DNA of 62,375 nt, filler included, from Babesia bigemina (GCF_000981445.1; 13 parts of 13 records of this genome joined end to end with filler, not necessarily neighbours in it); one strand, 5' to 3'; positions 1-13,102 are shown, counted from the first letter of the whole stretch. The notes: a model not told the origin generated them from the sequence alone. Program-made: numbers and translations.

Positions 1-150
1 GGGTAAAGATCCTATCTATGTTGGCACATGTACAAACGTTGCTGCGGGTGCAGACGTGACTGTCGAGACGCGGATTGAATACCCCGTCCCGATGATGCTA
101 CGCAAATTCGTGTTGAGGATGAGTCCGATTCCTCCCCCTGCACTGAAGCC

Positions 151-3100
151 ATGCAGGAAAATCAACATCCGGAAATGGATGAGGTGTATACTACTGTGAA
201 ACCTCTTCTACAGCTGAAGATACACCAACGAAGTGCATCTGAGTTATTGGATTCACCATCCGAAAGCGAGACGGGTAGCGATTCGTCCGTGAGTGCTCGC
301 CAAAAACATTCGTCGCGGAGCTTTCCATGCGACACTGCAACTCACGACGAGCCACTTTCCCAGCAACAATCTTTAGAGTTGAGTGAGAATACCGCCGCTT
401 CGACCGACCGTGACGCGTATGCAAATGATTCGCCAGCCACTGAGGCTGTGACTCCGCCAATCTCCATGCGCACCGAAAAGCTGAATGAAACCGGTTCCAC
501 TTACCAACACGATACCGTGGAAATATCGGAGCCGGATATCACATCAAGCAGGACAGAGAGTAACGCGCTTCTTTCAGAAACGGACAGCAGTGAATTAGGT
601 GCGGAGAACGATTTGGCGAGCGACGTGGAACATTCGATCGACTCTGTAGATGTACACAACGGCGATGACGATGTGGCCAAATCATCCACACCAAATGATG
701 AGTCAGCTGAACCAAAGCTTGTGAATCGTGCGGCGGACTCAGGTCGCGGTTCTCCAGCCCCATGCAGCGCATCTTCGGTTTCAGTTGGTGCAACAAACAA
801 TTCGGATGGTGCGTCGAACTCTACAAGTCCTAAGTTGCAGTCGGTGACCACTTCAGTTGATTCACCGCCACTAAGCTCTGGCAGACCGGGCAGTGACGCA
901 ATGGCATCTGCACCACCTACACTTACGAGCGTGGACAGCTACATTGTCAGCGACCCAGCAAGCGAACGTGCATCTGCACGATCTGTTGGAAGTGAAGGCC
1001 ATCGCCCTTCGCCTCGTTTAGAGAATCCTGAGCACCAAGAGGTGGTTGGTATGGTTGAGGATACGCCTCATACTACTGAGTCCAAGATGACTGAGGAAGC
1101 AACAACTGTTGAGACGGCTGGCGCATCGAATGATCCTGCGCCGACACACGACATTAAGGAGGGCAATTCATCCGCTGATGAGATAGAAGCCACACCGGCA
1201 GAGTCTTCCCTTGTTACCCCTCGATCTGTTTCGTTGTCTGCTGCTGATAACGTCGACGCTGACTCATCCATTGAAGGGTCATCAGATCAGGGCGGTGCCC
1301 TCCAAAGCGATTTAGCGTCAGATACGGATGAGTATGAGTCCGATTCACAGTTGCCAATGACGCCCCAACTTTCATCACACCTCGGAGATGACGAGGAAGG
1401 CGAATCAGTGACAAGCTCACCGCACGTTGCCACCTTTGGGGACGTTCAATTGTCCCCTGAACCTGTTGAGATGATCCAACCGTCTTCCGAGGCCGAGGAT
1501 AACGTTGAATCATCTATGGAGGCTGCGGATGATAGTGTTGCAAATATGCCTACTGAGGTTGAAGAAGACGTTCAGATGCCTACGGGTACTGCGGATGAGA
1601 GTGTGGCCGAATCGTCTAGTGAGATGACTGAAGAAGACGTTCAGAGGCCTACGGGTACTGCGGCCGAGAGCGTTTTCCCACATCAGCCGAGAAATGCGAT
1701 CAGAATGTTGCAGCAACACCCGCAGATGGCGGCGAGATGTTATCGAATCACCTACCTCTAATGCTGGGGACGATATGGACCTATCTATGGGCAGTGTAGA
1801 AGGGGCAAACGATCAACAAAATACTGATAACGTGGAAGATGGTGTTATGGAAATGCCAGCAGAGCCAGCTGAGAATGTTACTGAAACACCCATCGGCAGT
1901 GAATACGTTGTTCAGCCGTCTTCTAATACTTTCGATGCGGATGTTCCCGACACGCCTACGGAGACGGTTGTGGACGATGTACTAACATCTACCGAGACGG
2001 CGGAACAAGTTGATACACAACCACCAGCGGGCACCACGGATGTTAATATTGCCGATAGCGCTGGGAACGCAACCCAGCAGCCTGCAAGTACTGCAGATAT
2101 TCTTATTACCCAACCATCTGTGGATGAAGCAGAGGATGCTACTCTGACGTGCGCTGATACGGTTGGCGATGCTGTCGCCGAAATATCCGCCGACACTTCG
2201 GATGGGAATGTTAGGGGATCGACCACTGAGGCCGAGGACGCAGACGACACAGAAGCGTCCGATGATACTGTAGATGAAGATGATGTTCAAATGTCCAAGG
2301 ACACGGAGGATGCGGAAAACGCGCAACTACCTACTGATGCAATTGAAGCGGATGATATACAAATATCTGCTGTTAGCGGTGAGTCGAACGCTAGTGCGGC
2401 GATTTCCGAAGAGGAAGCCGATTGTGTGTCTGCTGAAGCATGCGGTGATGCATGTCAGGCGGTAGATGATGCGAGCACCCAGAGCATTCGTGATTTTGTC
2501 ATCCCCGCCATTCATACCTCAACTCCTTCGCGGAAGGCGAGCATTGTTTCGCACGATTACGTCGGTGTACCCGAGGTATCAGTATCAGATAAGGGAACCC
2601 CAAGGCATGTTCAAAATGATCCGAGTGTAGCTGATATAAGCCGATATCCCTCGTTGCCGAGCGATGGGGTCAAGGCAGACGCACCGTCATCATCGTCCTC
2701 TGCCGAGGCGGATGCTTCGTTGCCCTCGAATAACGAAAACGTAGGGGATTTATCATCACGGTGTTCAAGTCTAGCATCCGGTGAGAGCAGTGTGCGTGCT
2801 GCTGAGTCACCCATTTCTTACCGGCACGAGGATACGCTGAGTGAGATGGAGGAATCATCCTCATCAATGATTGCAACAGATGCCGCGGATGTTGCGAATT
2901 CAACAGTAACTGCGGAAGACGCTGAAATCCCGAAGGTAGATACGAGTCCGGAGAATTCACCATTTCGCGTTCCGCATGAGGTAGAGGATAAGAACCTTGA
3001 GTTGGAGTCTAACGCGGCGTCATCCGAACTAGGTAAAGTAGATGAACGTATCAGCGATACGCCGTCGTCCCCGCGCATCACCGAGCAACTTACTCAAGAC

Positions 3101-4874
3101 GTGGAGGATGCCGCAGAGGGCATTGAGGATAATGTGCAAAGTCGCTCCTCTTCCGACGTATCGGATGCTGATGTGGAACAATCCGAGCCTTCGCATCTGT
3201 CCCAATATTGTGGCACGCCAACTACCCCCGACGCTGATCCGGCTATTGGCACTGCCTCCGATGATCAGATTGGCGTTTGCGGGGACCCGCAACCACCCGA
3301 GGATAAGGTCGTCTGCCCCTCAGTGAATGCTGTTGATACAAGCGGCTCTCCGTCCGAAGCAACGTCACCGCGCAGCGTAGTCGGCGAGTGCAGTAGCAAT
3401 GAGGTGGAATCGGGAAATAGCGAGGAGGAAACAGCCGTCTCTAAAGAATGCCCGGCGGTGGCAGATGACTCGTCCACTTCCGTATTAACTGGAGAGATGA
3501 AACTTTTGCATACTATACGAACGGATCAGCCCGAAGATGCCGGTAACGGTGATGAAGACCCCTTGGTACCCACCAGCGATTCTGCCGATGTTCCGATGTT
3601 AGCTGACGACAATGCGCTGAAGTCAGGGGAGGGTGGGAGTCTGACCACAGTGAATATCTCATCAGATACGGAGTCGTCTTCCTCTAATGTGCAAATAGAT
3701 GAGTCGACGCCGTTGAACGGTGATTCGGATGACAACGCAACGGAGTCGAAATTCAGCGATGTGTTAAAGGCTGAACCTAGTGAGGGATCTGACGATATTC
3801 CTTCTGCGGTAGTGTCGGGCGAATCATCACATCCAACACCGCGGTCTGCAGATTCTTTGGCCTCTGATTCCCACAGCCAATCTGAGTCTGAAGCATCTGC
3901 GCCTCCTCCGCCCTCGGAGTCTACTCCCGTATCGGAAGGGGTTACTGATTTGGTCGGCGAGCATGAAGTATCGGTAGAAAGGACTGCTTCGTATTGTGAT
4001 ATTAGCGACGATGTCCGTGATTCGCCGTCTGCTGTCCCCGAATCTACTACTGTCGAGATCGGGGCTATTTCTGGAGATACCCAGGACGCAGCATCCACAG
4101 ATGCTGAGCACGCATTATCTGCCGATGCAAACAGGCTGTCTACACCCAGGAGCCCCCGTGGAGCAGGCGCCGGGTTGCGAGACCATTCCAGAGATTGCAG
4201 ATTCCCACAGCGTAGCCACGCCCAGGTCACCGTCGCCGACGTCCGGCGTCGTGCAGGAAGAGGGTTCAGAGGACGGTCGCTCATCCGCCGCGGAGGATGC
4301 AGCGGATGACACCGGCATTTTGTCATCTGCTATTTCCGAAAGCGAATCCGTTGCTTCTCCGTTGCTGTCGGAATCCCCAAGAAGCGATGCCACGCCGCAA
4401 CTTGAGAGTGACTACGCCACGGATAACGGTATTTCGTACTCCGACTCCTCGCCGTTTTCTGCTGAGAGCTCGGATGTTCACAGCTTAGGATCTTCACCAC
4501 GTGAGTATGGAGATGGCGAATTAGCGGACGGCATGCCGAAGAAGGCGAAGACAAACGTGAAAGTTGGTGATGCGTCTGATGCATCGGCCGACTTATCCCC
4601 TAATGATGGTGCGGAATATCACACCGACGCTCTGGTGACGGATGAAGAAGAGGAGTCTCATCAATCGAGCGCGTCCCTGTTGGACAGTGACAATGGTGAT
4701 GGCGCCGGGCACTCTCCGCCGGCTGCCGTGCCGCACGGGCGCCTAGCCGTTAGTAGGGCCGGAGAACCTGCTTCAATTTCTAGGGCGTCGTCCTCATCGA
4801 CTATTGATGCCAATTTGCCGAATCAAGAGGAAGCGGAAACGAATTATGCGTCGTACCTGATGTCGTTTTTCTGA
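151..4874 (+). CDS. Very large acidic Ser/Glu/Asp/Thr-rich low-complexity (disordered) protein, broken by frameshifts; 5' end probably beyond the window
   Basis: Three consecutive overlapping ORFs (151-1761, 1694-4309, 3996-4874) share the same composition. Frame switches at ~1675, ~1735 and ~4150 give one continuous acidic protein ending ..NYASYLMSFF*. Confidence 0.7.
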
Positions 4875-5257
4875 GGCGTCTGCTAGCTGCTCGCAATCAG
4901 TGTGCTCCGACAATCGTGTGTGCCAATTGGACTTTGTAGTTAATGTTTAGTGTACAATTATCAGCACTCGTTATATATTTACACTGAGGTCGCCGTCTGT
5001 GGTGATGCACGGATGCAGGCGGCTTGCCAACCGATGCTCGGGGTATCTTAACAGCGCGATTTGACTCACCTTGCCACCGCTTGCGCTTGGAATGGCCACC
5101 AGGTCGGTGGACAATGCCTTATTTGTGAGTTACAGTATATAGTATGTGTCACTGCAGGCCCCAGCTACGTTGCACTGCACTTGGTGTGCCACAGCACGCC
5201 ACGTAATGTAATTTCACGGTTGACAAATTAATCTGAACGTTAATAGGTTCACACACG

Positions 5258-5677
5258 CTACACGTATCGCTCAGGATTCACACTGTTCGTATACGGCGCG
5301 TTTTCTAGTATGATTTGCTTGACACTCTTCTGCTCAATGGGGTCGGTGGTGTTGTTCTGCAGCAGTTTCGTTTTCGCCGAGTCCCATCGGATAACCACGC
5401 GTTCCGTTGGTGATATGAGTTCGGTTCCATGGCTATACGATCCTGTGCCCATAAATATTCTTGTTGGAAGCTGGTCTTCTGTTGCGTTGTCCGATGTGGC
5501 CCGTTTGTCGGAGTCATCGTCATCGCTTAGCAGGATCTTCCAGTGATCTTTACAAGGCTGCGAGGGCGGTTCGTTGGAATAGGCTTCGCATATATCGTCC
5601 ACGTTGAATTTTTCTGGTGGCACGTTGGTCCAGGTTGCCCTGCAGCTGTAGAGCCAGAGGGTATGGACCTTGTGCAC
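5258..5677 (-). CDS. Hypothetical protein, probable 3' part of a gene truncated by the contig end
   Basis: 139-aa ORF with protein-like composition, convergent on the acidic gene; no recognised motif. Confidence 0.4.
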   Translation of the reverse strand: MHKVHTLWLYSCRATWTNVPPEKFNVDDICEAYSNEPPSQPCKDHWKILLSDDDDSDKRATSDNATEDQLPTRIFMGTGSYSHGTELISPTERVVIRWDSAKTKLLQNNTTDPIEQKSVKQIILENAPYTNSVNPERYV

Positions 5678-5788
5678 ATGAGAATAGCAGGGTTTCCTTG
5701 CTTTTGACGATGTTGTCCGTGCAGTTTTTCCCCGCCCACAAAGTGTGTTAATTTCTTAACCCACACCCTGGTGCAAATCTTTTCTCCC

Positions 5789-5888
5789 NNNNNNNNNNNN
5801 NNNNNNNNNNNNNNNNNNNNNNNNNNNNNNNNTTAATTAATTAANNNNNNNNNNNNNNNNNNNNNNNNNNNNNNNNNNNNNNNNNNNN
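5789..5888. other. Artificial contig linker (N44-TTAATTAATTAA-N44), first of 12
   Basis: Identical 100-nt spacers at 5789, 8593, 10541, 15851, 18875, 24954, 27878, 30342, 33670, 36777, 47032 and 54159. The core puts stops in all six frames. Adjacency across linkers has no biological meaning. Confidence 0.99.
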
Positions 5889-8485
5889 CTCAACAACATC
5901 AGTTATGCACGGGGATCGCGTGCCGCGTGTTACCCGGTCAGTTGTGAATGCGATGGATGCGTTGGGAGACCGCTGCGCATGCGCGCAACTGACCGTGCGG
6001 CTGCCGCAGCGTCCGCACTCGAGCCCATCATCATCAACGACAGGGGCAGGAACGGCATAGACACCAGGATCTTGCAGACGATCCCCCAGCTCTTCAACAC
6101 ACTCAACCCGCAGGTATTGAACATGCTGCACACGGCGGAGCGGTTCATAATCTCCACCGCACCCACTGCCTCCCAACCGCCCTCATCGACGCCCGAGGCT
6201 CCCGCTCGCACCGACTCCCATGCGATCAATACGTGTGAACGCGTGATTGAGAACGCGGTGCGCTACATCCCGCACTCATCCTGCGAGCAACGCGAAGAAC
6301 CGTCTGGGGATGTGATTTGCCAAGTGCTCGACACATGTCGCGGCCCCAGGAACTATTTCGCCGAGGCGGACATCGTGGCCATTTGCAAGATCATCTACCT
6401 GAAAGACGAATTAAACAAGAAGATCTACTTCAAGCTCTTGCACAACTTGCTGCTGATGGACGAGCAAACCTGCCATACCGTGCTGAGGTGCTTCCTGTCC
6501 ATCATGCACGCATCGATTTTGGCGTTGACCAACAACTACGTCTCGACCATAAAGACCGACAAGTTCTTCAGCACGCTGCCGCGCTTGTGCAATTCGAAAA
6601 AGGATGACTTCCCTCCTGCCCATTTGTATGGCAGGTTGCCATACAGGCACGTCTCGCTTGACGGCCGTTTGGATGCAGACGCCAGGCAGCACAACTCCTA
6701 TTTCATGGGCACGGTATCTGAAGCCGTGAATATGGGATGTGTGGATATGGGCATCGGATGTTCCAGTTACGTTTCCTGTGAGCGTGTGCTGGAGCAGCTG
6801 CGCAGCATGCTGATTGCCTTGCCTGGCGCCATGCAGTTCTTCGGAATGCCAATCGCGCTGTCGGCTTCTGACGAGGGCTCGTCGCGTTCGGATTCCCGCA
6901 GCAAGCGCTGCAAGGTGTCGGGACTCAAGTCCGAGAAGCGGTCGCCGCATCGCCACATGTATCCCATTGGGTTCCTCTTCATGGCAACGGCAACCAAAAT
7001 GTTCCAGTCGTCGCCGAAGTTGATGAACCACCTCATGATGGTGATCCAGCACCTGGTGGTGAGCCCCGAGACTCTAAACGTCCACGGCGCCTTGGTGGCC
7101 CCCGTTTCACTCGATGACTCGTCCAACGCCAGCCATGTCGCTGGCGCCACGCCTCCCGAGAATCACGACTCGGTCGAAATGGCGTCGGGTGACGAAGATG
7201 GGAGTGCCGGCCGCGGAGACGACACGATGAATACTTCGGTAGACTCGTCGCAGGCCTCGAACTCGCACAGAAGCCAGGATGACAGCATTTTGCGCGTCAA
7301 GCAGGATATCCTGAACAAACTGGACAAGGACGCCGTCAACTTATTTTTGGACATCCACACGTCGTGGTGTCACCGCAGCAACTGGTTGCTGTCTTGCAAC
7401 ACCATGCGCGACGGTTCCTCCAGTGCCCATCTGCAGCTTGTGGCCCGGATCATGTCGGCGCTGCTGTTGAGCGAGAAACATGCGTCTAACGTGCGGGAAT
7501 TCTTTATCAGCAGGTTGAACGAGCTAATCGGCGTGTTGTGTAAGTCGTCGCTGGACATGCAGGCGCAAAGGGGCGAGATCATTGAGGCCGACAATGAAAA
7601 CGTCATTCTTTTCGAGGGCGTCAGCATATCCGCGCTGGAGCACCGCATCGCCGCCATGGTGCGCATCGTGACCTTCGTCAACGAGATGTTCACGGAGGTG
7701 CACAAGGCTGAAACTGCTGATTCATCGGTTAAGTCCAACCGGCCAGCGATGTTGAACGAGTTTTACAGCAACGTGAACCTCGACCGACTCTGGCGCGCTC
7801 TTGATTACACGTTGACCGACCTCGTCAGGTTGGGAGGCAGCAGAGAATTCCGACACCAAGGACCCGCGCTCATCGCAGTCGCTGAACGGCCGTGACGTCC
7901 TGCTGGACAACCCCAATATCGTCGAGTGCCCTGATGATGCTGGTGCCGCTCATCGATGCCTTCATGAACGTCACCCAAATTCGCGTGGCCCTGGACTACA
8001 TGCTGGATGACGTTTCCGAGCTCGATAACGCGATGTCGTTCGTCAACTTAGACTACGAACTTCCGGATGGCAACCTGGACTTCATCGCGGTGTGCCATCA
8101 GTAGCGTGTGCATCCCAAGAAGGAGCCATGGGATTGATGACGAGAGCAGCGTAGAGATCTTGCCGAACCACCTGAGTATGATTTAGTTCACGGAGAGGCA
8201 GACGTGTGTGCTAAACTGCAAATCAAGCAAAAGCCGTCGCTGCTGTGTACCATCTTCGCCCGCATTGTCCGCCTGGCCCCCAACTGCTTGAACTTCGATA
8301 TCAAGCGCCATTATTTCAGGCAGAAGATGAAGGAAGCCCGGCAGGGGTTGCGCCTGGATGCCGATGGGGATCACCGTGCGACGGGATCAAGTATTTTTTG
8401 ATTCATAGCACCAGATGCGAATGTGCACCGGAGGAGATAGGAAGGGCAAGCTTCATTTCACGTTCGAAGGCGGAGAAGGGTACCG
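5889..8485 (+). CDS. HECT-domain E3 ubiquitin ligase (HUWE1/Tom1-like), internal fragment with frameshifted low-quality 3' part
   Basis: Open frame from the contig start to 7895. It is followed by LVPLIDAF, KQKPSLL..NCLNFDIKRHYF and, from 8370, ITVRRDQVFFDS..KGKLHFTFEGGEG, the pre-HECT and HECT N-terminal motifs. Confidence 0.8.
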
Positions 8486-8715
8486 ACAGAGCCCAAAAAG
8501 CTCGAGTCAGCACCATTCGTTTCATTTGATGATCATGAGGGTACAATTAAAGTAAATACTATTAACGTTATGAGGAAGAAGAAGGGAAACCCNNNNNNNN
8601 NNNNNNNNNNNNNNNNNNNNNNNNNNNNNNNNNNNNTTAATTAATTAANNNNNNNNNNNNNNNNNNNNNNNNNNNNNNNNNNNNNNNNNNNNTGAGTACA
8701 TGAGTCCCTAGAATT

Positions 8716-10540
8716 CTAGGGTTAGGAGGCCAGGTCACTGGGCTTAGGTTTTTAGGTTTCTTAGGTTCTTAGGTTCTTAGGTTTTTAGGGTTTTTAGGGT
8801 TTAGGGTTTTAGGGTTTAGGGTTTTTAGGGTTTTTAGGGTTTTAGGGTTTAGGGTTTAGGGTTTAGGGTTTTAGGGTTTAGGGTTTTAGGGTTTTAGGGT
8901 TTTAGGTTTAGGGTTTTAGGGTTTTTAGGGTTTAGGGTTTTAGGGTTTTAGGGTTTTAGGGTTTAGGTTTAGGGTTTTAGGTTTTAGGTTTTAGGGTTTT
9001 AGGGTTTTTTAGGTTTTTTTAGGATTTAGGGTTTTAGGGTTTTAGGGTTTAGGGTTTTAGGGTTTTAGGGTTTAGGGTTTTAGGGTTTTTGGGTTTTTAG
9101 GGTTTTAGGGTTTTTAGGGTTTAGGGTTTTAGGGTTTTAGGGTTTTTAGGGTTTAGGGTTTTAGGGTTTAGGGTTTTAGGTTTTAGGGTTTTAGGATTTA
9201 GGGTTTTAGGGTTTTAGGGTTTTTAGGGTTTAGGGTTTTAGGGTTTAGGGTTTTAGGGTTTTAGGGTTTTTAGGGTTTTTAGGGTTTTTAGGGTTTTTAG
9301 GGTTTTTAGGGTTTTAGGGTTTAGGGTTTTTTAGGGTTTAGGGTTTTTAGGGTTTTAGGGTTTAGGGTTTTAGGGTTTTTAGGGTTTTAGGGTTTTTAGG
9401 GTTTAGGGTTTTTAGGGTTTAGGGTTTAGGGTTTTAGGTTTTTAGGGTTTAGGGTTTAGGGTTTTAGGGTTTAGGGTTTTTAGGGTTTAGGGTTTTAGGG
9501 TTTTTAGGGTTTAGGGTTTAGGGTTTAGGGTTTAGGGTTTAGGGTTTTAGGGTTTTAGGGTTTTTAGGGTTTTAGGGTTTTTAGGGTTTTTAGGGTTTAG
9601 GGGTTTTAGGCTTTAGGGTTTAGGGTTTTAGGGTTTTAGGGCTTTAGGGTTTAGGGTTTTTAGGGTTTTTTAGGGTTTCGCGTTTTTAGGTTTTAGGGTT
9701 TCTAGGGTTTTAGGGTTTAGGGTTCTAGGGTTTTTAGGCTTTTAGGCTTTAGGGTTCTAGGGTTTTAGGGTTTTAGGGTTTAGGGTTTTAGGGTTTTTGG
9801 GTTTTTAGGGTTTTAGGGTTTTTAGGGTTTAGGGTTTTAGGGTTTTAGGGTTTTTAGGGTTTAGGGTTTTAGGGTTTAGGGTTTTAGGTTTTAGGGTTTT
9901 AGGATTTAGGGTTTTAGGGTTTTAGGGTTTTTAGGGTTTAGGGTTTTAGGGTTTAGGGTTTTAGGGTTTTAGGGTTTTTAGGGTTTTTAGGGTTTTTAGG
10001 GTTTTTAGGGTTTTTAGGGTTTTAGGGTTTAGGGTTTTTTTAGGGTTTAGGGTTTAGGGTTTAGGGTTTTTAGGGTTTTAGGGTTTTTAGGGTTTTAGGG
10101 TTTTTTAGGGTTTTTAGGGTTTAGGGTTTTAGGGTTTTAGGGTTTTAGGGTTTTTAGGGTTTAGGGTTTTAGGGTTTAGGGGTTTTTAGGGTTTAGGGTT
10201 TAGGGTTTTTAGGGTTTTTTAGGGTTTTTAGGGTTTAGGGTTTTTAGGGTTTTAGGGTTTAAGGGTTTAGGGTTTTAGGGTTTTAGGGTTTAGGGTTTTT
10301 AGGGTTTTAGGGTTTAGGGTTTTAGGGTTTTAGGGTTTTAGGGTTTTAGGGTTTTAGGGTTAGGGTTTTAGGGTTTAGGGTTTTAGGGTTTTAGGGTTTA
10401 GGGTTTAGGGTTTTAGGGTTTATGGTTTTTTAGGGTTTTAGGGTTTAGGGTTTTAGGGTTTAGGGTTTTTAGGGTTTTTAGGGTTTTAGGGTTTAGGGTT
10501 TTAGGGTTTTAGGGTTTAGGGTTTTAGGGTTTAGGGTTTT
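8716..10540 (+). repeat. Telomeric repeat tract T(3-7)AGGG with degenerate proximal repeats
   Basis: About 1.8 kb of TTTAGGG/TTTTAGGG/TTTTTAGGG; proximal variants TTCTTAGG. The G-rich strand runs toward the contig's right end. Confidence 0.97.
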
Positions 10541-10640
10541 NNNNNNNNNNNNNNNNNNNNNNNNNNNNNNNNNNNNNNNNNNNNTTAATTAATTAANNNN
10601 NNNNNNNNNNNNNNNNNNNNNNNNNNNNNNNNNNNNNNNN

Positions 10641-10802
10641 AGCGGACACCTTACGGCTCCGGCTCGTATGTTGTGTGGAATTGTGAGCGGATAACAATTT
10701 CACACAGGAAACAGCTATGACCATGATTACGCCAAGCTATTTAGGTGAGACTATAGAATACTCAAGCTTGCATGCCTGCAGGTCGACTCTAGAGGATCCC
10801 AC
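10641..10802 (+). other. Cloning-vector end (pCC1FOS/pEpiFOS type): lac promoter/operator, M13-reverse site, SP6-like promoter, MCS to half Eco72I site
   Basis: TATGTTGTGTGG-AATTGTGAGCGGATAACAATT (lacO 10679-10699), CAGGAAACAGCTATGAC, ATTTAGGTGAGACTATAG, HindIII-SphI-PstI-SalI-XbaI-BamHI, then CAC|insert. Confidence 0.97.
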
Positions 10803-11316
10803 CCATATTTGAAGTACGCAATCATATGTGTGTGGATTAAGTGATTTCGTGTGGGCTGCAATAACGCGGGTGTGCCTCGCCGATGAGCGAGTATTGGTTG
10901 GCCTCAGTGTTGAGAGCATCACTGATGACACATTCACCGTTGTTTCGATCTGCGTACTTCGTTCGCGTCATTACAACAATGGCATCATAGTGGAGATTTG
11001 ATATCAATCGTATTGCTATTACATTGCAATATTAAGTAATGCCCGCACGTTGCGGCGCGTCGCTAATTGATTCCAGTCAAAGCGTCCATTAGCGCCGACT
11101 TTAGCAACGTTTTCTAGTCACCTATTTACTTATTTTATAGCAATATGAATCGCTATTCTGCAGGGGTTACGCTTATGTGTAAGGTTTCGGGTAGTGCTAG
11201 ACCCTTACACCTGTGAGTAGACATTGTTTCCACACATCTCTAGTTAGTGTAACTACTGATACACACCATCGCTATTTGCTAAGCTCGAAACCAATTGGTG
11301 GCGCCGAGAAGGCATC

Positions 11317-12590
11317 ATGAGCCGACAGCAGGAGGCTACTCCCGGTGACCAAGCGGTTTCCGCCTCTGTGCGTGAGGAGTCGACTAACGTGGCGAAAGAG
11401 AGTTTTGTGGCTAAGGATGTACATCAGGATGACTCAAAGGTGCTTTATAGCTGCATCGATGCGGAAGATGAGCCTTACAAGTACGCTCTCATGTGCGCGC
11501 CCACTTATGCTTGAGCAGAAGGAGCTACGAGGATGTGATACACTGCGAAATCGAACTCCCCGGCAAACGTAAGGTGGTAAGAGTGCATAACATGCCTTCA
11601 TGAGTCATGCTGGAGCAGATTGATGCCGCAGAGGCCAAACCGGCGAAGACAGAAGAGGGGCAGGTTACCCCCAACGAGGATCGCATATCGCGACCATCGG
11701 GCGGTAGTGGCGAGACAGATGAGACGAAGTCAAATGTACTGGAGAAGGCAAAAGGTGATGACCCAGCTGCGGAAAACACGACAACAAAGCCAAAGGATAA
11801 CCAGGCAGCGTACGTAGCTTTATTCATCATAGCACCTACATGCAATTTAGGCCTATCCAACCCCCCGTGACCGCATTCGGATTCAACAAGGACTATGTGT
11901 CCCCTTTCAGCAAGCTTGTATGTTGGCGCAGTAGGCGACAAACTGAATGCCGTGCAGCTTGAGTCCAGAACCACGAACAGCTTCTTGGAGGCCAAAGTTG
12001 GAGAAGACAACCCAACAACAGAAGACGTCGGCGACGACTCGGATCAGCTTGAACCAGCTGAGGCAGCTCCAAAAACGTGGGATTTGCAGGCGGCACTAGG
12101 GGACGGCGAGTCGCTCTTGTACGAAAGCGTATGTTTGGGGGCAGCAAAGGGTAAATGCTTGCAGAAGGCGTGCAGCCTGTCAAGATACAATGACACAGAA
12201 TGGAGCACTCCGATGCCGGTTGTCCTTCAAATAATCGCTAAAGAGGTAGGCACCTAGCACCATTCCGATTGCACGTCATTGCTACAACGGCGGCGAAATT
12301 GGTCGCACCTTTATTTTATACATACCTTTTAAAACAATGCAGGAGTCGGATGAGAAGCGTATAGTTTGCTACCAGGCCGGAACAGGAAGAATACAGTTGA
12401 ATACTACGGTATTACCAACGATGTCAGTAAACAAGCTCAAAACGAAGTCAATCATCTTCGTCGGCCAATTGATCGGTAGGGACGCGCATATAAATTGCAT
12501 AGCAGCTCAGGTGATGAATCCAAGCTTGCGCCTCACCGGCTCATCTTCCAAGACCAACTACAGAGAGATGATTGTCACGAGCTATTTTAA
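11317..12590 (+). CDS. Multi-exon Ran-binding-domain protein (Nup50/Nup2/Yrb2-like)
   Basis: Removing short GT..AG introns (e.g. 36 nt at 12129-12164) gives a disordered N-terminus with PVTAFGF. The C-terminus reads GDGESLLYESKACSLSRY..TEW..KRIVCYQAGTGRIQLNTTVLPTM..KSIIFVG..HRLIF, a RanBD1-like pattern. Confidence 0.6.
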
Positions 12591-13102
12591 TCTTTAGACA
12601 AAGTACTAGTCACTTCAGAGAGCAGCTTCTGCCGTTGCTTGCGTTCCACATCCGCCACCTCGTTTGTCGTACGCTCGGCGCGCAAACGGCCGCCGGCCAG
12701 ATGCGGTACCTGACGTTCGAGAAGCACGCACTCCATGGCCTGCAAACACGCATTTGCGGCAAACTGAGATCCACTTACTCGACCGATCATAATGAACTGC
12801 TCACATGTGATGCTAGGGTAGAAAAGACGTGCGTCCAGGCCGCCTCGAGGGTTGCCGCGGATGTTCTTAGGGCCTCCGACCATCAGTGCGTGGCTGCGAA
12901 GCCCGCAGCGCACATCGACGCCGCGCAAATAAAATTCGTTCATAAACTCGGCGCTCTGCTTCGCGGTGCTGTCCGAGTCGCCGTAAAAGAGCCGGGCAAG
13001 CTCAGATAGAGCTCGGCGCAGTGGAAGGCGACCCTTACCGGCAGCGGCGGACCGGAACGCTCCCACCAACGCACCTTCGGCGCAGCGCTTCAGCACGGGC
13101 AT
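12587..13102 (-). CDS. Hypothetical protein (probably spliced), likely start MPVLKRCAEG
   Basis: Part of ORF 12587-13249; ATG at 13102 followed by protein-like sequence with in-frame intron-like segments; no recognised family. Confidence 0.45.
   Translation of the reverse strand: MPVLKRCAEGALVGAFRSAAAGKGRLPLRRALSELARLFYGDSDSTAKQSAEFMNEFYLRGVDVRCGLRSHALMVGGPKNIRGNPRGGLDARLFYPSITCEQFIMIGRVSGSQFAANACLQAMECVLLERQVPHLAGGRLRAERTTNEVADVERKQRQKLLSEVTSTLSKD

Noticed and set aside
5833..5844. Recurrent TTAATTAATTAA palindrome
   Set aside because: Artificial six-frame-stop linker inside N runs.
7850..8592. HECT ligase as a pseudogene
   Set aside because: Frameshifts and a stop cluster toward the contig end while the motifs remain intact, which fits sequencing error better.
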